This document shows, piece after piece, positions 8,288-13,839 of a DNA stretch of 13,839 nt; the first letter of the stretch is position 1; each line of letters begins with the position of its first letter. A model generated the notes under the pieces. It had not been told where the DNA came from and ran no database searches. It worked only from the letters and a program-made list of their open reading frames with translations. The translations under genes were made by a program, and so were the position numbers. Source of the DNA: Chlamydiota bacterium (GTDB taxonomy: Bacteria > Chlamydiota > Chlamydiia > Chlamydiales > SM23-39); NCBI GenBank assembly GCA_050049995.1, contig JASFVE010000051.1, forward strand, positions 1 through 13,839, given 5' to 3'.

Positions 8288-9606
8288 AACTAACAGGAAC
8301 CTTTAGCCAACTACAATCTTTTAAAGTTCTCATTGTAGGAGACTTTATGCTTGATCGTTATACTAATGGTACAGTACAGCGGATCTCTCCTGAAGCACCT
8401 GTGTCAATATTAAAGGTAGAGAATGAACAGTCTTTACCGGGTGGAGCAGGAAACGTAGCGTTAAACCTTGTGTCACTTGGCGCTCAAGAAGTTGTTGCTT
8501 TAGGTAGGGTTGGTTCTGATTTAGTAGGCCAGGAACTGTTAGAAAAACTGGAAATAGAAGGAGTAAATGTTGACTATTTTGTCACGCAAACTTCTTTTCC
8601 AACTCCTATAAAAAACAGATTAGTGGCAGAAGGACAGCAGCTCTTAAGGGTAGATCGTGAAAGAGTCATTCCTATTGACGAAGATCTGGAAAAAGAGATT
8701 ATTGAAGCACTTCCCCACATTTTATCAAATGTTGATGTAGTAGCTGTTTCTGATTATAACAAAGGTTTCCTGTCAAATGCTCTTTTACAGGCATTGCTTA
8801 AAAAAGCAAAAGAACTTTCCATACCTGTCATTGTGGATCCAAAAGGTGATGATTTTGCAAAATACTTAGGAGCTACTTTGATTAAGCCTAATCAAAATGA
8901 AGCATATAGTGCGGCTAAATTACCAAACAATGCAGCAATTGATGAAGTAGCTAAAGAACTTTTTGCTATCTGTCATCCAGATAAGCTTGTTATTACAAGG
9001 TCTAAAGAAGGAATTTCTCTTTTTGAAAAAGGAAAAGATAGGCAAGACTTCTCTGTTCAGATTAAAGAGGTCAAGGATGTAACGGGAGCAGGAGATACCG
9101 TTTTGGCGATGTTAAGTGCTTGCATTGCTAATAAAATAGATATGGAGAACTCCATTCGGTTTGCTAATATTGCAGCAGGTCTTGCCATTGAAAAAGTAGG
9201 TTGTGCTCGGATTGGTCTTTCAGATTTTGCTAGAAGGCTATTAGAGATCGATTTAGATAATAAAATCTTTGATGAATCTCATCTTTTTGCTTTAAAAAAA
9301 ATACTTATTAATCGTGATTACACGTTATTTGCTCTTAAAGGAAAGCAAGTAATTAGCTCAGAGCTTTTGCGATCTATTCAAAAACTTACACAAGAAAATA
9401 AAGAACTTATTATTTATTTGCAGGAGGATGAGCCAGATGAGGAGCTTATTAACTTTTTAAGCTGTTTAAAAGAAGTTTCTTTTATTATCCTAAAAAAGGA
9501 ATCTCTAAATAATCTTTATAAGAATCTCAAGCCCCAAAGTGCCTATTTATTTTGTAATAATGACATGCAAAATATAATTCTTACTGAACTTTCTAATTAT
9601 ATATAA
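8281..9606 (+). CDS. hldE: HldE/RfaE-like heptose-7-phosphate kinase with a degenerate C-terminal adenylyltransferase-like domain
   Basis: GDFMLDRY..G.VQRISPEAPV, PGGAGNVA, QQLLRVD, SDYNKG, VDPKG, DVTGAGDTV (PfkB/RfaE kinase). The last ~120 aa lack the GCFD..HxGH motif. 7-nt overlap with hldD. Confidence 0.88.
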   Translation: MVKLTGTFSQLQSFKVLIVGDFMLDRYTNGTVQRISPEAPVSILKVENEQSLPGGAGNVALNLVSLGAQEVVALGRVGSDLVGQELLEKLEIEGVNVDYFVTQTSFPTPIKNRLVAEGQQLLRVDRERVIPIDEDLEKEIIEALPHILSNVDVVAVSDYNKGFLSNALLQALLKKAKELSIPVIVDPKGDDFAKYLGATLIKPNQNEAYSAAKLPNNAAIDEVAKELFAICHPDKLVITRSKEGISLFEKGKDRQDFSVQIKEVKDVTGAGDTVLAMLSACIANKIDMENSIRFANIAAGLAIEKVGCARIGLSDFARRLLEIDLDNKIFDESHLFALKKILINRDYTLFALKGKQVISSELLRSIQKLTQENKELIIYLQEDEPDEELINFLSCLKEVSFIILKKESLNNLYKNLKPQSAYLFCNNDMQNIILTELSNYI

Positions 9607-9655
9607 TTGTCAAAAAAATATTAATAATATTTGATTTTTAAATATTAATCTTTAA

Positions 9656-9684
9656 TTGATTTTTAATAAAATTCCAACTATAAT
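9656..9684 (+). promoter_or_regulatory. Sigma66/70 promoter of paralogue 1
   Basis: TTGATT (9656-9661), 17-bp spacer, TATAAT (9679-9684); SD GGGAGG before ATG 9719. Confidence 0.7.
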
Positions 9685-9718
9685 ATTAGTGTCGCCTGTT
9701 AATTGGGAGGTTAATATT

Positions 9719-10321
9719 ATGGCTGCTATTTATGATGATAAATCATTACAAAAACTACATCCATGGAATGAAGAATTTTTTACAGATCCTAATTTAGATT
9801 TAGAATTTCAAGAATCATTCAAGTTTATTGTTCATGGCATCAGTGAAAATAATCTTTACTTGTTTGCTGACAATGTAGAAAAGTCACTTCAAGGAAGACT
9901 AATTAGTGCATCAGTTATTTCAGATGAAAAACAAGGTATTTTTACAGGAGCTTTTTATGGGTTTATTCTACAAGTTCCAGCAAATCTTGTTATAGCATCT
10001 TCTGCTAATGAAGACTTTGAAGATATGCATGTAAAAAATAGATTTGAAACATTAGAAGAGCTGGTAAACGAAGTAGAAAAAGTTGCTTCTTTACATCCTC
10101 TTTTTTCTCCTGATGACCTATTAGAAAAAACACCACAAAAATGGTATAATGAAATAGTTATATTAGGTTCTAGCAAGTTGCTGAATCCTGATGCTCCTGA
10201 GACTTCTGTGAAAGTAAGTGGTATCTTTTTTATGAATGATGATCCACGTGCTACTGATGCTGTAAAAACCGAGTTAATGGTATTAGCTAATCGAAATAAC
10301 ATACCATTTGTAGAGCTCTAA
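9719..10321 (+). CDS. Hypothetical protein, 200 aa, paralogue 1; candidate ADP-ribosyltransferase-like fold
   Basis: Strong SD and promoter, intact paralogue downstream; motifs FIVHG, ISASVIS, GFIL.VP, YNEIV. The confidence refers to the CDS; the function is speculative. Confidence 0.9.
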   Translation: MAAIYDDKSLQKLHPWNEEFFTDPNLDLEFQESFKFIVHGISENNLYLFADNVEKSLQGRLISASVISDEKQGIFTGAFYGFILQVPANLVIASSANEDFEDMHVKNRFETLEELVNEVEKVASLHPLFSPDDLLEKTPQKWYNEIVILGSSKLLNPDAPETSVKVSGIFFMNDDPRATDAVKTELMVLANRNNIPFVEL

Positions 10322-10486
10322 GACTGGATTTCCTCCTATTTCCCACCCCTTGCTATTGAACTTTACTCAGATAAAACAATGGACTTGCGAGGGGAAGGGT
10401 AATAGCTCGTTCTTATTGCCTATTGATGCAATTTCTCAAGACTGACTATCGGTCAAGTAACTCAGCTTTTACTCTATTTTAGAAGG
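10318..10486 (-). pseudogene. Decayed fragment of the mnmA 3' end
   Basis: Colinear exact blocks shared with mnmA: AAAACAATGGACT (10373-10385 = 11301-11313), GGGTAATAGCTC (10397-10408 = 11320-11331); near matches GATGCAATTTCTCAAG/GATACAATTTCACAAG and CTTTTACTCTA/CTTTTGCTCTA, separated by indels. Confidence 0.8.
10336..10405. other. GC-rich imperfect stem-loop downstream of paralogue 1
   Basis: CTATTTCCCACCCCTTGC (10336-10353) pairs with GCGAGGGGAAGGGTAATAG (10387-10405) across a 33-nt loop; no clear U-tract follows. Confidence 0.6.
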
Positions 10487-10592
10487 CTAAAAATGAGGTT
10501 TCTTTAAATAATCTTTATAAAAACTTACTTTTCTAAAGGCTTAATTTATTAATATTGATATAAAAATATTATTTTTTATGTAAAAAAATTAA

Positions 10593-10621
10593 TTGACTTT
10601 TATTAAAGTAATAAATATAAT
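10593..10621 (+). promoter_or_regulatory. Sigma66/70 promoter of paralogue 2
   Basis: TTGACT (10593-10598), 17-bp spacer, TATAAT (10616-10621); SD GGGAGG before ATG 10656. Confidence 0.75.
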
Positions 10622-10655
10622 ATTAACAATGCCTGTTAATTGGGAGGTTAATATT

Positions 10656-11258
10656 ATGGCTGCTATTTACGATAATAAATCATTACATCATGTCATTCCA
10701 TGGGATGAAGCACACTTTACTGATCCTAGTTTAGATTTGGAGTATCAAGAATCATTTAAGTTTATTGTTCATGGGATTAATGAAAACAATCTTCACTTGT
10801 TTTCTGATAGTCCAGAAAAGTCACTTCAAGGAAGACTCATTAGCGCATCAGTTATTTCACATGAAAAACAAGGTATTTTTACAGGAGCTTTTTGTGGACT
10901 TATTCTGAAGGTTCCAGCAAGCCTTGTTATAGCGACTCGTTCTAATGAAGACTTTGAAGATATGCATGTTAGAAATAGATTCGAAACATTGGAAGAACTA
11001 GAAAATGAAATAGAAAGAATTACCTCTTTGCATCCTCTTTATCAACCTGATGAATTATTAGAAAAGACACCAGAAAAATGGTATAATGAAATAGTTGTAT
11101 TAGGGTCTAGTAAGCTATGGGAACCTAAAGCTCGAGAGACTTCAATAAAAGTGGGTGGCGTCTTTTTTAAGAAAGATGATCCAAGAGCTTCTGATTTTGT
11201 AAAAACAGCTTTAATGTTGCTAGCTAATCAACACAACATACCATTTGTAGAGCTCTAA
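10656..11258 (+). CDS. Hypothetical protein, 200 aa, paralogue 2; candidate ADP-ribosyltransferase-like fold
   Basis: 151/200 aa identical to paralogue 1 with no indels; same motifs; stop overlaps the mnmA stop. The confidence refers to the CDS; the function is speculative. Confidence 0.9.
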   Translation: MAAIYDNKSLHHVIPWDEAHFTDPSLDLEYQESFKFIVHGINENNLHLFSDSPEKSLQGRLISASVISHEKQGIFTGAFCGLILKVPASLVIATRSNEDFEDMHVRNRFETLEELENEIERITSLHPLYQPDELLEKTPEKWYNEIVVLGSSKLWEPKARETSIKVGGVFFKKDDPRASDFVKTALMLLANQHNIPFVEL

Positions 11259-12310
11259 GGCTGGATTTTTCCCCCGCCCAAACAAACTTCACCTTGATAA
11301 AAAACAATGGACTGGCCGGGGGTAATAGCTCTTTGAGGTTCTTTAAAGTTTACCATCACTTCCCCGTTGCATATGGATACAATTTCACAAGGTTGATCTA
11401 TTTGCCGGTAGCGGACTTTTGCTCTACATAAAAAAGGAAAGAAGGAAGGTTCTTTAAACCAGTTGAGATCATTTGCTCTAAGGCTTTTTTTAAAAAGGGC
11501 TGGGTGGTTTTTGCCTTGCCCAATAATTACTTCATTTTTTTCTATATTTTTGTCTACAACATACCAGGCATCACCTTCACCTCCAATACCAAGCCCTTTT
11601 CTTTGTCCTAAAGTATGATAAGCAAGGCCGTCATGTCTGCCTATTTTTTCACCATCAATAGTTAGGATATCTCCAGGTGTAAATCCAATATATTGACTTA
11701 CAAACTGCTTGAAGTTTCTTTTACCTATGAAGCAGATTCCGGTGCTGTCTTTTTTGTTGAAGACAGGGATGTCATTTTCTTGAGCGATCTGCCTGACTTC
11801 TGGTTTTGTCAAATGTCCAATAGGAAACAAAACATTTCTTAAAGTATCTGGGTTAATAGCATATAGAAAGTAAGATTGATCTTTGTTGGGATCCGCCCCT
11901 TTTTTCAGTAAAAAAGTGTCTTTAGCTTTTTCTGTTTGGCAGTAATGGCCGGTAGCAATGTAGTCAGCTCCCAGCTCCATGGCTTTTTCATAGAAATAGC
12001 GAAATTTGATTTGCTTATTACATAGAATGTCAGGGTTAGGGGTAAGCCCCTTTTGGCAGTCAGATAAAAACTCATTAAATACATTTTCCCGGTATTCTTT
12101 GACAAAATTTACTGTGTAAAAGGGAATTTTTAATGTTTTGCAAGTAAGCGCTACATCATCCAAATCCTGCTTGGCTGGGCAAGTCCCATCAGTGTCTTCA
12201 AAATTCTTCATAAAAAGGGCAATAACGTCATATCCCTGTTTCTTTAATAAAAGAGCTGAGACTGCTGAATCTACCCCTCCTGAAAGGCCAATAACAACTT
12301 TTTTCCGCAT
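11255..12310 (-). CDS. mnmA: tRNA-specific 2-thiouridylase
   Basis: SGGVDS PP-loop, NPDILCN, ATGHY, KDQSYFL, KKDSTGICFIG, TLGQRKGLG, PQRAITPGQ motifs. Confidence 0.98.
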   Translation of the reverse strand: MRKKVVIGLSGGVDSAVSALLLKKQGYDVIALFMKNFEDTDGTCPAKQDLDDVALTCKTLKIPFYTVNFVKEYRENVFNEFLSDCQKGLTPNPDILCNKQIKFRYFYEKAMELGADYIATGHYCQTEKAKDTFLLKKGADPNKDQSYFLYAINPDTLRNVLFPIGHLTKPEVRQIAQENDIPVFNKKDSTGICFIGKRNFKQFVSQYIGFTPGDILTIDGEKIGRHDGLAYHTLGQRKGLGIGGEGDAWYVVDKNIEKNEVIIGQGKNHPALFKKSLRANDLNWFKEPSFFPFLCRAKVRYRQIDQPCEIVSICNGEVMVNFKEPQRAITPGQSIVFYQGEVCLGGGKIQP

Positions 12311-12378
12311 AATTCTAGTTTTTTTCTACCTATTTTACGCACTTTGTAAGGAGGTTTAAAGGAAAAAAAAATCTATTA

Positions 12379-13293
12379 TCACATCATTTTTTGAAGTCTT
12401 TCTATTCTTTGGTCAATAGGTGGGTGGGTTGCAAATAACATGATAAGCCCTTTTTTAGAAGGAGCTGCTATTTTTAAAGACTGAAAAGAGGCGTTCTCAT
12501 GTCGAATATCTTTGATTTCCTGCATAACTCTAAGTGACTGTAATGCAGATATCATATGTTCTTTCCCCGCAAGGTGGGCTCCACCAGCGTCAGCCCTATA
12601 CTCTCTGAAGCGCGAATATGTGGCAACTACCATGGACCCTAAAATCATAAAGACTACTTCAAATAGATAGACAAACATCATATAGCTGAAATAAGAACCA
12701 GAAGATCCTGAGTTTTTATTAGATTTACCAAGACCAGATACAGCATAGGCTATAATCCTTGCTAAGAACATGACGAAAGCGTTTACAACACCTTGCAGTA
12801 AGGTCATTGTGACCATGTCACCGTTCGCAATATGTGACATCTCATGGCCCAAAATTGCTTCAATTTCGTTTTCTTTCATTCTGCTTAAAAGGCCAGTTGA
12901 TACAGCTATTAATGACCTTCGTTTAGTAGGTCCAGTAGCAAAAGCATTTACTTCATTAGATTGATAAACTCCTACTTCCGGAATATTAGAAAGATGTGCT
13001 TTTTGTGTTAGTCTTTCTACCATTCTAAGTAGCGTTTGATAATCAGGGTCAGTTGTATTTGGGTCGACTACCTTGACACCCATAACAGATTTGGCAATGA
13101 ACCTTGAAAGACTCAATGACACAAGTGCACCAATCATGCCCCATAAAAGGCAAAAAATCAGAAGGGAGTTGTAATCAAGTCCATAATGAGTGAGGTATGG
13201 TTGGATGTTAAGAAGATGCAAAATAAATGAGATCATCAAAATTACTAAAAAATTGATGCTCAAAAAAAGAAAAATTCTTTTTATGCCAGCCAT
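12379..13293 (-). CDS. htpX: Membrane zinc metalloprotease HtpX (M48)
   Basis: NAFATG, AVSTGLL, HEMSHIANGDMVTMTLLQGVVNAFV, SRFREYRADAG, FATHPP motifs; SD GGAGG upstream. Confidence 0.96.
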   Translation of the reverse strand: MAGIKRIFLFLSINFLVILMISFILHLLNIQPYLTHYGLDYNSLLIFCLLWGMIGALVSLSLSRFIAKSVMGVKVVDPNTTDPDYQTLLRMVERLTQKAHLSNIPEVGVYQSNEVNAFATGPTKRRSLIAVSTGLLSRMKENEIEAILGHEMSHIANGDMVTMTLLQGVVNAFVMFLARIIAYAVSGLGKSNKNSGSSGSYFSYMMFVYLFEVVFMILGSMVVATYSRFREYRADAGGAHLAGKEHMISALQSLRVMQEIKDIRHENASFQSLKIAAPSKKGLIMLFATHPPIDQRIERLQKMM

Positions 13294-13318
13294 AATAGAC
13301 CTCCAAATGTTGGTAACT

Positions 13319-13348
13319 ATTTTCCTCCAGCATCCTTTTTCATGTCAA
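13319..13348 (-). promoter_or_regulatory. Possible htpX promoter
   Basis: Minus strand TTGACA (13348-13343), 18-bp spacer, GAAAAT (13324-13319); the -10 box is weak. Confidence 0.3.
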
Positions 13349-13445
13349 GATAGGACGAAATGGTTTGCATAATAATTGAGTTTATGTCATTTATCTGAGG
13401 TATTAAATCTAGCTTAGAAGTACTTGTAAGGCAAAATTTTCATTT

Positions 13446-13694
13446 ATGACAAAAATATTCTTGAAGAACAAGGTAAGTTCAAAAAAATATGCCAGAGAAC
13501 AGATAAAGAAAACTCTCAGCAAAAATCATGCTTGTTACGTTTTAATCACTTGTAGTGATCCTTCGGAAGATGGGAAGATGGATGTTGAAATGTCTTACGA
13601 TGGAGATGAGACTTTAGCTTCTTATCTTTTACAAAGTGCTCAAAATATTTTTGATGAAAATTTAGATACAACTGCTGATTCATGCCGGGATTAA
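13446..13694 (+). CDS. Small hypothetical protein resembling a Chlamydiae-conserved family
   Basis: 82 aa with motif ACYVLITC..PS.DGKM.VEM.Y.GD..LASYLL, which I recall from chlamydial hypotheticals (unverified); 4 nt upstream of the next gene. Confidence 0.75.
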   Translation: MTKIFLKNKVSSKKYAREQIKKTLSKNHACYVLITCSDPSEDGKMDVEMSYDGDETLASYLLQSAQNIFDENLDTTADSCRD

Positions 13695-13698
13695 TAAG

Positions 13699-13839
13699 GT
13701 GAAGAATAATTTCCAACAGTGGTTCAAAGATAATGAGAAAAAAAATCTAGAAGATTTTTTTTCTTTTTTGAAGTTTTCAACAATCGGCACTGATCCTTCA
13801 TTTAAATCAGAAATGGAAAAATGTGCTGCTTGGCTTATT
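13699..13839 (+). CDS. M20-family dipeptidase-like protein, N-terminus (partial)
   Basis: Not in the ORF track. GTG 13699 is open to the window end: MKNNFQQWFKDNEKKNLEDFFSFLKFSTIGTDPSFKSEMEKCAAWLI, resembling the M20 N-terminal pattern L..FL.(IP)SIS.DP.......A.WL. Confidence 0.7.
   Translation, partial: MKNNFQQWFKDNEKKNLEDFFSFLKFSTIGTDPSFKSEMEKCAAWLI

Larger units (their letters stand above)
9656..11445. repeat. Diverged tandem duplication, period 937 bp (promoter + gene + mnmA 3' end)
   Basis: Identical 39-nt leader/start (9694-9732 = 10631-10669); colinear genes 9719-10321 and 10656-11258; patchy similarity continues downstream (10318-10486 vs 11255-11445). Boundaries are approximate. Confidence 0.93.

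Noticed and set aside
9656..9718. 21-aa N-terminal extensions on both paralogues (also 10593-10655)
   Set aside because: The TTG 'starts' are the -35 boxes; the SD GGGAGG points to ATG 9719 and 10656.
9607..11258. Mobile element, integron cassette or toxin-antitoxin interpretation of the duplicated unit
   Set aside because: No transposase, integrase, terminal repeats, attC core sites or small partner gene; the mnmA relic points to local tandem duplication.
9656..11445. Assembly artefact or CRISPR explanation for the repeat
   Set aside because: The copies differ at about a quarter of amino acids, so it is not a false duplication; no short regularly spaced repeats were seen.
2006..13372. Short shadow ORFs (2006, 2547, 3492, 6152, 6649, 7363, 9955, 11905, 12138, 12770, 13190)
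   Set aside because: Antisense or alternative-frame to well-supported genes, with no motifs; 9955-10302 has no equivalent ORF listed in the second copy.
13294..13445. CIRCE/HrcA operator upstream of htpX
   Set aside because: No TTAGCACTC-N9-GAGTGCTAA-like dyad is visible.

Overview
AT-rich bacterial chromosome segment, most likely from an environmental Chlamydiae member. The gene order pgsA >< glgA, tRNA-Gln, (prs), rplY, pth, rpsF, rpsR, rplI, ispE matches the conserved chlamydial block as I recall it. It is followed by ADP-heptose pathway genes (hldD and an hldE-like gene whose C-terminal adenylyltransferase domain looks degenerate), then mnmA and htpX on the minus strand, a small hypothetical gene, and partial DoxX and M20-peptidase genes at the window edges. 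The clearest accessory element is a 937-bp-period tandem duplication at about 9656-11450. It carries two intact 200-aa paralogues (151/200 identical by manual count), each with its own near-consensus promoter and RBS, and a motif order (H...SxS...YNE) suggesting an ADP-ribosyltransferase-like fold. The spacer between the copies is a decayed copy of the mnmA 3' end that retains, and appears to have extended, a GC-rich hairpin. All function calls are from motif recognition only; no searches were run.
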